NCBI GenBank assembly: GCA_963664195.1
Contig: OY760907.1
Coordinates: 192,001 to 256,000, forward strand
From: an uncultured candidate division Zixibacteria bacterium
GTDB taxonomy: Bacteria > Zixibacteria > MSB-5A5 > GN15 > FEB-12
DNA: 64,000 nt
Reading direction: 5' to 3'
Shown here piece after piece: positions 28,214 to 37,976 of the stretch (position 1 is the stretch's first letter; every line of letters starts with the position of its first letter). The notes below the pieces were generated by a model, which saw nothing but the letters and a program-made list of their open reading frames with translations, was not told the origin of the DNA and did not search any database. The translations under genes were made by a program, and so were the position numbers.

Positions 28214-28911
28214 TTCAGCACGTTCTTGAGAAGATCGAGGATGCGCTCCACCTGCTCTTCGATCGTGCAACTAGTAGTGTCCACAACATAGGCATCCTTG
28301 GCACGAAGCAGGGGCGAGTGTTTGCGACCGGAATCAAACTTGTCGCGTCGCTCGATATCCTCGATCTGCTCTTGGAGGGAGGTCGCCACACCCATTTTCG
28401 CCAATTCGATAAGGCGACGTTCGGCGCGAGTCTGCACCCTGGCATCGAGAAATACTTTGATGTCGGCATCCGGGAAGACAACCGTGGTCGTGTCACGCCC
28501 CTCGGCAACTATCGATCCTTCCTTCCCCATTTCAATCTGTTTGTGCACCATGGCCTTGCGGACGTCAGGATGCGCTGAGACTTCGGAGACGTGCAGGGTG
28601 ATCTCAGGTGTCCGGATTTCATTAGTGACTTCGCGGCCGTTGATGAACACTTTGTTGACATCTTCATGCGTCTCGAACTCGATCATCACGTTTGATGCCA
28701 GTACTTTGAGCTTGTCGCCATCCGATGGAGCCACGTTGTGCTGCAGGGCGAGCCAGGTGAGGGCACGGTACATCGCGCCGGTGTCGAGATAACGGAATCC
28801 GAGCCGGGCAGCCAGGATTTTGGAGGTAGTGGATTTCCCCGATCCTGCCGGACCGTCAATCGCAATCACCTTGTCACGGAATTTGGAAAGATTGTATATT
28901 TTGCTTGTCAT
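28210..28911 (-). CDS. cmk: Cytidylate kinase
   Basis: IAIDGPAGSGKST, YLDTGAMYRA, VAEGRD..TVVFPDA. Confidence 0.97.
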   Translation of the reverse strand: MTSKIYNLSKFRDKVIAIDGPAGSGKSTTSKILAARLGFRYLDTGAMYRALTWLALQHNVAPSDGDKLKVLASNVMIEFETHEDVNKVFINGREVTNEIRTPEITLHVSEVSAHPDVRKAMVHKQIEMGKEGSIVAEGRDTTTVVFPDADIKVFLDARVQTRAERRLIELAKMGVATSLQEQIEDIERRDKFDSGRKHSPLLRAKDAYVVDTTSCTIEEQVERILDLLKNVLK

Positions 28912-28967
28912 GGTACAAAAAGTATGGAAACGATTCGGCGAAGGCAACCGCAAAGTGAGCCGTTCGG

Positions 28968-29759
28968 CTACTGAGAGAAGACCGTGTCTTCTTCTGAGAC
29001 ACCAAGCATCGGATGACCAAACCATTTCTCGTGCAGCCGATCAAACGAACCGTCGCCGAAGAACACCGCCAGAGTCTGATTAATCCGGTCCAGTTTATCC
29101 GGATCGTTCGGATTCACTGCGATGCCGTAATACTCTGACCTGATCCCACGTGCAATCACCCTCACCCGTTCATCCTCCCCGATACAGACCAGAGTGGTCG
29201 GCAGATCGTTAAGAATCGCGTCCAGTTGACCATCGAGCAGATGGGAAAAAGCGTCGGCAACGTCATCGTAAGGATATGCAAGGACACCATCGACCCGCTT
29301 GGCCAACTCCTCCCCGGTGGATCCTGCCTGCACTCCCACTCGTCGCCCCTTGAGATCCTCGAGAGCAACGGTGGTTGAGTCACCGGCCGGTACAGAAAGC
29401 ACCTCGTCGACCAGATAGTAGGGATCGCTGAAGGCTGCAACAGCCTCCCGCTGCGCGGTAATGGTCAGAGCACTGATGACAATATCAAACCTCCCGGAAG
29501 CAACGCCAGGAAGGAGTTCATCGAAATGAGCACTGGTGAACTCCAGGTCCCAACCATGCACAGCCGCAATCTCTGTCATGAGGTCGATATCAAATCCGAT
29601 CAGACCGCCGGAGTCTTCATCGACAGACTCAAACGGCGGGTAGTTCGGATCTACTCCCACGCGAACAAGATTGTCTACTGCGGGCGTCTCCGCCTCCTCA
29701 CCGCCGCAGCCGCTTAGCAGGCACGTGAGCATCAGGAATGTCAGAAGATGTTTTTTCAT
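28968..29759 (-). CDS. Amino-acid ABC transporter substrate-binding lipoprotein (family 3), orphan
   Basis: Lipobox LLSGC after MKKHLL (ATG 29759), YPPFE, GFDIDL, TITAQR...FSDPY. No permease nearby. Confidence 0.88.
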   Translation of the reverse strand: MKKHLLTFLMLTCLLSGCGGEEAETPAVDNLVRVGVDPNYPPFESVDEDSGGLIGFDIDLMTEIAAVHGWDLEFTSAHFDELLPGVASGRFDIVISALTITAQREAVAAFSDPYYLVDEVLSVPAGDSTTVALEDLKGRRVGVQAGSTGEELAKRVDGVLAYPYDDVADAFSHLLDGQLDAILNDLPTTLVCIGEDERVRVIARGIRSEYYGIAVNPNDPDKLDRINQTLAVFFGDGSFDRLHEKWFGHPMLGVSEEDTVFSQ

Positions 29760-29826
29760 TGTCTCTATTGTATTTCGTAGGCGGTATGATACACAAGACC
29801 GGTCGGAAGGCAAGCGAGTTCTGACT

Positions 29827-29865
29827 AAAAAACAAACCGGCTCGCCCCGAAAGGCAGAACCGGTT
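29827..29865 (-). terminator. Rho-independent terminator after the pspC/liaF-like operon
   Basis: AACCGG-TTCTGCC-TTTCG-GGGCGAG-CCGGTT hairpin followed by TGTTTTTT. Confidence 0.75.
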
Positions 29866-29901
29866 AGTCGCTGAAGGAAGAGATTCGTTGGCGTCGCTCC
29901 C

Positions 29902-29963
29902 GTGAGCGTCGGGGTTCCGCCTCCGACGCGTGATCTCGGCAGGGAGGGAACCTTGCCGGTCAC
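29902..29963. repeat. REP-like inverted hairpin doublet (GTGA ends)
   Basis: GTGA-GCGTCGG-GGTTCCGCCT-CCGACGC, then inverted CGGCAGGGAGGGAACCTTGCCGG-TCAC. Confidence 0.5.
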
Positions 29964-29965
29964 GA

Positions 29966-30868
29966 TCAATAGTAGTCTATTCTGAGAGACCTGAATCGGT
30001 TGCCGAGATCAACCTCGATCCTATTTGACAGGCTGTCGTAGCCTTCGGTCACAAACGCGCCTTCCTGTTCCACCAGACCGACCTCGTACAAGTAATCGCT
30101 GTCCTCGAATCCAAAAACTCGCAGACCGGACTTTTTCGGCACCCTGAGAAGTAGTTTCGTGTCCAAACCGGCTATTGACACCTTGACGTTCGGTTCCACA
30201 TTACCAAGCTTGACATAGACGTCAGCATCATCAGCGTCCAGAGACAGCTCTCGGAGAGGAGTCTGGGCCAGATTCAGATGAATGTCTGAATTCTCACCGG
30301 TGCATTTGAGAATCAACGGCACCGCTTCGGAGAATTTGAGCCGCCAATCATCCTCCTCCTCGCCGTTTTCTATCTTGACGATTCCGCCAAACAGCTGTCG
30401 GGGCTGATTGACGAATTCCACGATCGCTCGACCGCCCTCGTTCTTATACGAGTACTTGGGCTTGTGGGTATACTCCATGAAAGTGGCATTCAGAAGATCA
30501 CTGGTTGCGTCACGAATCGTCAAATCGCCATCGGCAAGAACAACCCTGGCGTCTATGATATTCACTGCAGGATCTGCATCCTGAACGATACTCGTTTTGT
30601 CCCAGTAGCTGGCATCAACACCAAGTTTGCTCTCCGAAAAGGCAATATACAAACCGCCGAGGACCAGAATTACCGACGACGCGTACGAGATCATCTGGAA
30701 CCTGGTATTGGTAAATATCTTCTCCACTCCAATCGCAATCAGCAGGAACGGAAAGAGCGAAATGAGGCCAAACCAGAAACTGCCGCTCACCACATCCGTT
30801 TTCTGAAGCAGCACCAGTGACCCTATCAGGATAAATAACACACCCCATCTGAAACGTGCCGGAGTCAT
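29966..30868 (-). CDS. LiaF/LiaI-like membrane protein (DUF5668-type TM region plus beta-rich extracytoplasmic domain)
   Basis: WGVLFILIG...FPFLLIAIGVEKI TM pattern; follows the PspC-domain gene. Confidence 0.7.
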   Translation of the reverse strand: MTPARFRWGVLFILIGSLVLLQKTDVVSGSFWFGLISLFPFLLIAIGVEKIFTNTRFQMISYASSVILVLGGLYIAFSESKLGVDASYWDKTSIVQDADPAVNIIDARVVLADGDLTIRDATSDLLNATFMEYTHKPKYSYKNEGGRAIVEFVNQPRQLFGGIVKIENGEEEDDWRLKFSEAVPLILKCTGENSDIHLNLAQTPLRELSLDADDADVYVKLGNVEPNVKVSIAGLDTKLLLRVPKKSGLRVFGFEDSDYLYEVGLVEQEGAFVTEGYDSLSNRIEVDLGNRFRSLRIDYY

Positions 30869-31362
30869 TAGATGCCGCCTCCGTTCTCACCGGTAACAGG
30901 ACCGCCGTTGTTCATGCTGGCGGTAGTGCCGTTTTGCGAGGTCGGTGCCGAGCATTGGCCGAACTTGCTTCCCCGGTAGAAAACGAGGATCAGACCGGCA
31001 CCAATTAACAGGAGCGGCCAAATCTCCCCCATGCTGAACCAGAAGAAATACTCCCTGATGAGAAGCATCCCCCCAAGGCCGATTAGTACTATACCCGGCA
31101 GCAAAGCCCAAGTGGTGGATCTCGGTAACTGAGTAGATTGTGTGGCATCCGGCTCCGGGATCGGCTCTCCCGACGTCATCCGATCCGGAATGATGATCCA
31201 TGCGATTATGTAAATTACTATGGCTGTTCCGTGGCTGGCGAAAAACCCCAGTATCACCAACAGCCGGACCAACGTGGGGTCCATCTCAAAGTACTCACCC
31301 AACCCGCCACAAATGCCGGAGATCATCCGGTTGGTGTCTGAGCGGTAAAGCTTCTTTGGCAT
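30868..31362 (-). CDS. PspC domain protein with LiaF-like TM hairpin
   Basis: KKLYRSDTNRMISGICGGLGEYFEMDPTLVRL...YIIAWIIIP. Confidence 0.9.
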   Translation of the reverse strand: MPKKLYRSDTNRMISGICGGLGEYFEMDPTLVRLLVILGFFASHGTAIVIYIIAWIIIPDRMTSGEPIPEPDATQSTQLPRSTTWALLPGIVLIGLGGMLLIREYFFWFSMGEIWPLLLIGAGLILVFYRGSKFGQCSAPTSQNGTTASMNNGGPVTGENGGGI

Positions 31363-31464
31363 GTTGGATCCTTTCCCTGTCTGAGTTCTGTCCGGATCGA
31401 CAAGCTCCTGTGACGCTAACGACCTGGACTCCCAAGGTCCCTAAACCTGGTTTATATATACGAG

Positions 31465-31491
31465 AACGGGGCAGAAAAGTTCTGCCCCGTT
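31465..31491. terminator. Hairpin (probable terminator) after the anti-sigma gene
   Basis: Perfect 12-bp inverted repeat AACGGGGCAGAA-AAG-TTCTGCCCCGTT; weak U-tail. Confidence 0.55.
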
Positions 31492-31498
31492 GTGCTAT

Positions 31499-32674
31499 CT
31501 ACAGATTGAGCAGCCGGAGATACTCTTTCGCCTGGTCTCGATTGGGCGAATCCTTATTGTCCCCGACCTGGTGAAGGTACTTGAGGCCGCGTTCTCTTTC
31601 GACCGAGTCCTCGCTCATTTTCACCACGTTGTACCATGCTTCCAGCAGTTTGGCTTCTTTCTCCTCAGCAGACTGGGCCTCACGATCCGCTGCCCCAACA
31701 CTCTCGGAGCGGGAAGTCAAACCGCTGGTGAGGCTGCGAAGATCATCCTTCGGTTTTGAAACCGATTCTTTCTCTGTCAGGAGATTGTCACGCACTGCCC
31801 GCCAGGAATCTATCGATCCCTCCACGACCGTCGTTCCTTCGGTCGTTTGGTCGGCGGCGACGTCTGCAGCTACCTTCTTGCTGCCCTTGTAATTCTGTTC
31901 AGCATCCCCGAGGGAAATCGAGTTGACTGTTACTTTGCCATCTGCCACCTGCTCGACTACAGGCGCGGGCATCCTTGCTGCTTTTTGGGGTGTCTCGGCG
32001 GGAGGCCGGGGTGCCTTCGAGACTGTCTGCTGCTCGACTTCGTGCTCGACCGTCGGAGTCGGGCGGTAATCGTCTTCGGCTATGTCGATGACAATGATAC
32101 CGTTATCCTTGTCCTTCACTTCCTCGTCACGCACCGGCACAGGGATTCCCATCCGCGCTTTTCCCGGCGCTTCCGCGGTCTGTTCTGCGGCAACTTCAGG
32201 CTCGGCCGCAACGCTTTCCACAGCCTCATCATTGACCGCATCAGGCTTTGCTCGATCGACGTCAGGCCCGGATGAGGGCGACGTCACCCCGACACCCCTC
32301 TCATCTATCGCACCGTCATCTCTCAAAATCTTGTCCTGATTCAAACCGATGAATGCCAGAATCGCCGCTGAGGCGGCCACCCCGGTAAGTTTCCACCAGA
32401 GACCTGAAGACCGTTTTTTCGGTCGGATGTCGGTCACACGGTCGTCGGTGATCCCCAGTTTTTCTTCAATTGCCTGGGCAGACTGCTCCCAATAGTCACC
32501 GCCGGACAGAGCGCCGTGTTGTTCGACCAGACGGTCGGCCTCACGCAGCCGTTCCAACAGTCCTCTGCATTCCGGACAATCCACCAGATGCTCGGTCATC
32601 ATGGCCTCTTCCTCCGGAGTCAGCTCCTTATCAAGGTAAGCCGACAGCAGGTCTGAAAAGTACTCGTGGTCCAT
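31499..32674 (-). CDS. Zinc-finger (zf-HC2) transmembrane anti-sigma factor
   Basis: LLSAYLDKEL...HLVDCPEC (HxxxCxxC), one TM, low-complexity periplasmic region; directly after the ECF sigma gene. Confidence 0.88.
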   Translation of the reverse strand: MDHEYFSDLLSAYLDKELTPEEEAMMTEHLVDCPECRGLLERLREADRLVEQHGALSGGDYWEQSAQAIEEKLGITDDRVTDIRPKKRSSGLWWKLTGVAASAAILAFIGLNQDKILRDDGAIDERGVGVTSPSSGPDVDRAKPDAVNDEAVESVAAEPEVAAEQTAEAPGKARMGIPVPVRDEEVKDKDNGIIVIDIAEDDYRPTPTVEHEVEQQTVSKAPRPPAETPQKAARMPAPVVEQVADGKVTVNSISLGDAEQNYKGSKKVAADVAADQTTEGTTVVEGSIDSWRAVRDNLLTEKESVSKPKDDLRSLTSGLTSRSESVGAADREAQSAEEKEAKLLEAWYNVVKMSEDSVERERGLKYLHQVGDNKDSPNRDQAKEYLRLLNL

Positions 32675-32704
32675 ATCTTTCGATTCCAACGTCTTCTGTG
32701 ACGT

Positions 32705-33310
32705 CTACTCAATCAGATCCTTCAGTGCGTCCAGTAACAGCTTCCTGGCCCGGTACAATCGAGAGTCCACCGTACCGTGAGGAATCTTGAGATGGCTCGC
32801 AATCTGGCTGTAGTCCATATCTTCAAAATGCCGCAAAACGAACACTGTGCGGTATTGCTCCGGGAGGGCTTTCAGCGCCTTATAGAACCGCTTTTGGTTC
32901 TCGTTGTCCAAGACCTGTTCAAGCGGCCCCAGTTCCGAGGCGGCGGGGTCGAATCCAACCTCGGTCTTGTGGTCGAGAGATTCCTTTTTCTCTTCTCTGC
33001 GTAGCTGATTGAACGTCAGGTTACGGGCGATGGTAGACAGCCACGGGTAGAAGTTGTACTGCGGATTAAAAGTCTCCATAGCGTTAAACGCCTTGATGAA
33101 CGCCTCCTGCAGGATATCCTCGGTCTGGTCAAACGAACCAGTCAATCCGTAAATGAAACGAAACAGCCGTTTCTGGTGCATGCGGATCAACCCGCCGAAC
33201 GCCTTCTTGTCGCCGTTCTGTACAGCGGCGATCAAACGACGCTCGACCTTCCTTGTATCCTCTTCTGATACCTTGGAGGCCCGGTTTTCTTCCAGCGATT
33301 TCTTATCCAT
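32705..33310 (-). CDS. ECF RNA polymerase sigma factor
   Basis: EDILQEAFIKAF, FYPWLSTIARN, GTVDSRLYRARK. Confidence 0.95.
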   Translation of the reverse strand: MDKKSLEENRASKVSEEDTRKVERRLIAAVQNGDKKAFGGLIRMHQKRLFRFIYGLTGSFDQTEDILQEAFIKAFNAMETFNPQYNFYPWLSTIARNLTFNQLRREEKKESLDHKTEVGFDPAASELGPLEQVLDNENQKRFYKALKALPEQYRTVFVLRHFEDMDYSQIASHLKIPHGTVDSRLYRARKLLLDALKDLIE

Positions 33311-33313
33311 TTG

Positions 33314-34291
33314 CTAGCTTTGTGCGTCCATCACTCTCAGGACGAGTTGCTCAAGCAATATCTGCGGTTTGACTTTCTCGCGCCTGAGAGCCGAGTCGGT
33401 CGCCGCAATCTCCGTTATGATCAGTTCCAGCTGTTCAATCTGATACTTCCCCGCCTGTTCCCGGAAACGGCCTGCAAGCCAGCGGCGGTACGGTTCGAGC
33501 GGTTTGCCTCCCTTTACCAGATACAGGGAAATGAAATGCTGGCCCAGGAAAAAAAGCAGTCCGGTGGCGTTGTTGCCCTCCGCCAACAGACGACGAATCA
33601 CCGCCAGGACCTTCACCCTGTCCCCGGAGACGACATCCTCGGCAAGCTGAAAAACCGAATACACCTGGAATCCCGCGGCGATCGACTCTACGTCGCCAAC
33701 AGTAATCGTCTCCCCCGATTCTTTGTAATTCACGAGTTTGCCGATCTCAACCTCAAGCCCGCCACGGTTCCCGGCCGTTAGCTCCACAAGCAGATTCAGC
33801 GCGGCCGGTTCGGCTTGGAGTCCGACTTTGGCCAGCTTGCCGTTTATGGTCCTGACAGCTTCGGATCTCGTCAGTTTGCCAAACTCAACAGCCGCGGTCA
33901 GGCCGTCAATCTTCTTGAAGAAGGCCGAAGTCTTTTTGGGTGTCCGGGCCGAAGGAGTGGATAATATCACAACCCGGTTGGGGTCCGGGGGATCAAGCAG
34001 TCTGAAAACTTGCTCGACTTCTTTCGGTTTGTAGCTCTGGAAGTCCGAAACAGCGATTACCTGATGCTCTCCCAGCATGGGATACACCGACAGCTCAGCG
34101 ATCAGATCGTTGCATTTGGTCTTCCGGCCGTCGATACGCGCGAAATTGACCTCGATCTGACGGTTGGGGAGAAATCGCTGCGCGACATACCTCTCCGCCT
34201 CTTTCATCCGATAGTCTTCACTCCCGAAAAAGTAATAGACCGGCTGAAACTGTCCCGAGGATACTGTCTGGAGGAGTTGCTGGGGGGTCAT
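33314..34291 (-). CDS. holA: DNA polymerase III delta subunit
   Basis: PVYYFFGSEDY, YPMLGE, EIGKL; 325 aa. Confidence 0.9.
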   Translation of the reverse strand: MTPQQLLQTVSSGQFQPVYYFFGSEDYRMKEAERYVAQRFLPNRQIEVNFARIDGRKTKCNDLIAELSVYPMLGEHQVIAVSDFQSYKPKEVEQVFRLLDPPDPNRVVILSTPSARTPKKTSAFFKKIDGLTAAVEFGKLTRSEAVRTINGKLAKVGLQAEPAALNLLVELTAGNRGGLEVEIGKLVNYKESGETITVGDVESIAAGFQVYSVFQLAEDVVSGDRVKVLAVIRRLLAEGNNATGLLFFLGQHFISLYLVKGGKPLEPYRRWLAGRFREQAGKYQIEQLELIITEIAATDSALRREKVKPQILLEQLVLRVMDAQS

Positions 34292-34322
34292 GCCGGAATT
34301 ATACCGGAGACCACCCCGAGGG

Positions 34323-34703
34323 TCAATCTAAAAGCGAATCAATGGCAGAGTTTTCGTTGGAAGGAATCCACTCGAGAGAGTAGTGGTACTTGCTGCGGTA
34401 ATTGAGCGCCTTCTCAAGCAGATGCTCGAAACCAGATCGGATTCCGGCCTGACCGTTGACCTGATTGACAATGCTGAGATTATTGCCGTAGAGCTGGAAA
34501 TTGCTCTTTGAAAAGTACTTCTGATTAGAATCGATGAACTCCAACAAGGCCAGCAATGAGGCCAGATCGCTGTGATCCTGATCCACCGCCGAAAACGGAG
34601 CTTTGAATCGGATACCAACGTCAGGAATATGGAACATCACCACGGCCGAATTTCCATTCGGGTTGCCGCTCGATAGTCTGCATGCACCAAAATAACAATC
34701 CAT
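34323..34703 (-). CDS. RNase HI-fold (RVT_3-like) protein with degenerate active site
   Basis: LYGNNLSIVNQVNG and EWIPSNENSAID resemble the RNase HI motifs YGDSxLVVNQ and WIPREEN..AD. Confidence 0.65.
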   Translation of the reverse strand: MDCYFGACRLSSGNPNGNSAVVMFHIPDVGIRFKAPFSAVDQDHSDLASLLALLEFIDSNQKYFSKSNFQLYGNNLSIVNQVNGQAGIRSGFEHLLEKALNYRSKYHYSLEWIPSNENSAIDSLLD

Positions 34704-34716
34704 GCGTAAGCTCTAC

Positions 34717-34732
34717 TGCAATTGGCGTGCCC
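34717..34732 (-). promoter_or_regulatory. sigma54 -24/-12 promoter of the RNase H-like gene
   Basis: Minus strand GGGCACGCCAATTGCA (GG-N10-GC); IHF-like TAAGTTGTTGTTA at 34760-34772. Confidence 0.7.
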
Positions 34733-35099
34733 TTTGGGAGAAAGCCCGCGCAGATCGTGTAAGTTGTTGTTAGACAGAACGCTGACAGTCTGTTACGATT
34801 TCTGTCTAAATCAAAGATGCAAGAGGGTGCATATCTGGATGTAACCCAGTTTTCATCTTCGACACTAAGTACAACAACTGAGAGGAGAGTGAGGTTCTGG
34901 CAGACGTAGATGATAGCTACCTTGGCAGTCCGCCGGGGAGCCGGAAGCAATTTCTGCGAACCATACCCGCCGCGCCGTCCCCGGTTTTCGTGTGCCCCAA
35001 AAGATGGACAACCCGTATCGAATACGTATAGACAGGCCCCTCTCCTAACTCAGTATGTCAGTAGCAACGCAGCTTTCCTCCCGGTTTGCGCACTGTCTC

Positions 35100-35131
35100 A
35101 AAAAAAACAGCCGCCCCCAACAGGAGCGGCC
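35100..35131 (-). terminator. Rho-independent terminator after the SBBP/dockerin gene
   Basis: GCCGCTCC-TGTT-GGGGGCGGC hairpin followed by TGTTTTTTTT on the minus strand. Confidence 0.75.
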
Positions 35132-35156
35132 GCAAGAAGTCACTGAGATTCGTCCG

Positions 35157-37976
35157 TCACTGACAGGGTGGAAGCGGAGCCAAACTAATGAAGAGATGGT
35201 CAATGAGAACCGTCAGATCCCCCATTGTAATCTCGGAATCAACACTGGCATCGCAATTCGCCTCTGGTGCACAACAGAGCGGGGCGAGGCTGATAAACAG
35301 ATTATCGATCAGCACCGTCAGATCACCCATCGTGACGAGATCGTCGGGCGCACAATCCACGTTTCCAGTAAGCCCGACACAACATCCTTCACAAACGTCG
35401 CCCACTCCGTTGCTGTCGGCATCTATCTGATCGGGATTGTACGTCCCGGGGCAATTGTCCTCGTCTCCACAGAAACCGTCCCCATCGAAATCATTGAAGA
35501 AGTCATTCGGGCAGACATCACAACTGTCGCCAATACCGTCGTCGTCCACATCCTCCTGGAGAGGGTCAAAGTCATCGGGACAGATATCGCAAGCTGTTCC
35601 AATACCATCGTCGTCCGGATCGAGTTGCTCTGGATTATAGGTCTCGGGGCAGTTGTCTTCATTGGCGCAGAATCCGTCACCATCATCGTCATTGTAAGGA
35701 TCCAACGGACAGACATCGCAACTGTCGCCAAGGTCGTCGCCGTCGTTGTCTTCCTGGAACGGATTCTGCACCAGGACACAGTTGTCAATCGAATCGCAGA
35801 TCCCGTCCTCATCGGTATCCAGACAATCGCCGGTAATGAGCGCCACAAAGACATCGGAGTTTCCGCCGGCCGTTCCCTGAAGCGGTCGCTTCATGGGGAA
35901 GTCAGTCGATCCGGTCTGGCCGGCAACATATACGTGGCTGTCGTCGCCCACGGCAACATCGAGAGCAAAATCAGAACCGGACCCGCCCAGGTAGGTAGCG
36001 TAGTCGTACACGCTCCCGTCGGCACTAAGACGCAACGCCACGGCATCAAAATCACCACCCCCATAATCAGGCTGAAAAGCGCTCACGGAGGGGAAGTTTG
36101 TGGAAGACGTATGACCGACGATGAACATGCGGTTGCTGTCGTCAACCCCGAGACCACCGGCGGTTTCTTCGCCTGTGCCCCCGATATAGGTACTGTACAA
36201 CACCGTGTTGCCTGCCGCACTGATCCGGGTAACGGCCATGTCGGAAAATCCGCGAAGACTGCTCTGGATTGGGTTGGCAAGCGGATAATTGGATGAGAAG
36301 GTCCGGCAGAGCAAGTACATGGAGCCGTCAGTACCCAGGGCGATATCCTCGCCCAGGTCTGCCCCGGTACCACCAAAATACGTGCTATACTGCAACGTAT
36401 TGCCAACGGCACTCAAACGACTGAGGAACAGGTCAGTTCGGTCGGCGGAGGCTATCGAGGCCTGCAGCGGACCGGCGGTCGGAAAGTCCTCGGACGCGGT
36501 ATAGCCGGTCACGTAGGTCTTTCCCGAGGACGACACAACAACGGCTTGACCGATATCGTTCATTTCACCACCGAGATAAGTGCTGAAACCCAATCCGGTT
36601 CCTGTCGCGTTTATCTTGGTCACGATCGCGTCATAGCCGCCCCCCAGTGAGTCCTGAATGGGACCGTAGGTGGGATAATCCTCTGACGCCGTGTAGCCGA
36701 CAATGTACGCTGCATCGGAGCCGTCGACCGCAACATCCCAGGCGACATCAGAGCCTGAGCCTCCAAGGTAGGTGCCGTATGTCATGGAGGAGCCATCCGC
36801 GCTCAGTTTGGCCACAAACGCATCGCCGGAAGTATTGGCGGCATAAAGCGGATTCACGGTCGGGAAATCTGTGGATAAGGTACGGCCGACTATGAACGGC
36901 GACTGATCGGAGCCTGTCGCAATGGAATATCCGTAGTCATCTCCACTGCCACCGAGGTAGGTTGAGTAAACAACGGCCGCGCCGTCGGTGGAGAACTTGG
37001 TCACAAACGCGTCCCAATCTCCGCCTCCCATGGTTCCCTGGAAGGCATTGGTATCAGGGAAGTCAACCGATGAAGTAACACCGGTAGTATAGATATTGCC
37101 GGCAGAGTCGAAAGTCACCCCGTAGGCCGCGGAGCTTGATCCGCCGCCGAGATAGGTGCTAAAGGAGAGTACCGGATCAATAACCAGCGGAAGTCCCGGA
37201 TTGTAGCTGCCGGTCAATTGAAATCCGAAAACGTTGTCGGAATCAACATCAAACTCAGCTGCTATCTCTCTACGGATATTACCAACCTGCTGATACACAA
37301 CCGGTCGCTGCTCGACCATCTCTCCCCACTCGGTTGCGACAACCAGGTCGCCGATTTCGTTCACGGAAAGAGACTGAACGCCGTCGTAGCGCAATCTTAT
37401 CGTGCTGTAGTCAGCACCGGCCTCAACAAGAAAGTCATACTCGAGGTGCTGCCCCGCACTGTAGTAACGAACGCCGATCCCAGGATACAGGTCGTTTATG
37501 ACCACGGCACCAAAGGTCGGGGCGTTGGTGATCCACTTCGCAGGATCATCTCCAAACAGGAAACTCTCATGAGAATAGACGGAGCCATCGGCTACAGCCG
37601 TGACATCGCCGGCCGCCCCCACAAATCCGGTCCTCACCGTCAAGTAATCGATATCACCCGGAGGTGATTGCAACTCGACAAGCGGATCAGGCGGCTCAGG
37701 AGGACTCTGCCGGTAGAACACAGTATACACGGAAGACCCGGCGAACCAGATCGATGCTCCCGAACCTTCGGCGCGGAACCGAACGTTCTCCCCCCATTGT
37801 CCCATGTTCTCGGTGAATAAGATGTTTCGTGGCCCGATGGTTCTCGGGTTCAGGTGACTGTTAACGGGCGTCTGTTGCGGGAAGGCAGATGTAATATCAT
37901 CGGCCAACACAGACGAAAACCCCGTTACAAACAGCCCCATAACAACAATAATCAGGGCGGCATGCAATCGTTTCAT
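35157..37976 (-). CDS. Secreted SBBP beta-propeller protein with thrombospondin type-3 repeats and C-terminal dockerin-like domain
   Basis: Signal peptide from ATG 37976 (MKRLH...VLA), repeated YSTYLGGSG.D and TxSxDFP, DxDxDGxGDxCDxC repeats, duplicated GNVD...TMGDLTVLID.LF. Confidence 0.88.
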   Translation of the reverse strand: MKRLHAALIIVVMGLFVTGFSSVLADDITSAFPQQTPVNSHLNPRTIGPRNILFTENMGQWGENVRFRAEGSGASIWFAGSSVYTVFYRQSPPEPPDPLVELQSPPGDIDYLTVRTGFVGAAGDVTAVADGSVYSHESFLFGDDPAKWITNAPTFGAVVINDLYPGIGVRYYSAGQHLEYDFLVEAGADYSTIRLRYDGVQSLSVNEIGDLVVATEWGEMVEQRPVVYQQVGNIRREIAAEFDVDSDNVFGFQLTGSYNPGLPLVIDPVLSFSTYLGGGSSSAAYGVTFDSAGNIYTTGVTSSVDFPDTNAFQGTMGGGDWDAFVTKFSTDGAAVVYSTYLGGSGDDYGYSIATGSDQSPFIVGRTLSTDFPTVNPLYAANTSGDAFVAKLSADGSSMTYGTYLGGSGSDVAWDVAVDGSDAAYIVGYTASEDYPTYGPIQDSLGGGYDAIVTKINATGTGLGFSTYLGGEMNDIGQAVVVSSSGKTYVTGYTASEDFPTAGPLQASIASADRTDLFLSRLSAVGNTLQYSTYFGGTGADLGEDIALGTDGSMYLLCRTFSSNYPLANPIQSSLRGFSDMAVTRISAAGNTVLYSTYIGGTGEETAGGLGVDDSNRMFIVGHTSSTNFPSVSAFQPDYGGGDFDAVALRLSADGSVYDYATYLGGSGSDFALDVAVGDDSHVYVAGQTGSTDFPMKRPLQGTAGGNSDVFVALITGDCLDTDEDGICDSIDNCVLVQNPFQEDNDGDDLGDSCDVCPLDPYNDDDGDGFCANEDNCPETYNPEQLDPDDDGIGTACDICPDDFDPLQEDVDDDGIGDSCDVCPNDFFNDFDGDGFCGDEDNCPGTYNPDQIDADSNGVGDVCEGCCVGLTGNVDCAPDDLVTMGDLTVLIDNLFISLAPLCCAPEANCDASVDSEITMGDLTVLIDHLFISLAPLPPCQ

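Noticed and set aside
31410..31443. ECF-type promoter upstream of pspC (GGGACC...CGTT/CGTC)
   Set aside because: Spacing and match are ambiguous, so it cannot be supported without the ECF group consensus.
34621..34950. 109-aa minus-strand ORF upstream of the RNase H-like gene
   Set aside because: It overlaps the gene start and its promoter/IHF sites, has no SD and no recognisable motifs; the region is better explained as regulatory DNA.
35380..35830. Periodic GTCGTC/CAGTTGTC repeats here and at ~50580-51300, resembling an array
   Set aside because: They are coding TSP3/MopE-like Asp-Cys repeats, not identical repeats with unique spacers; no cas genes are present.
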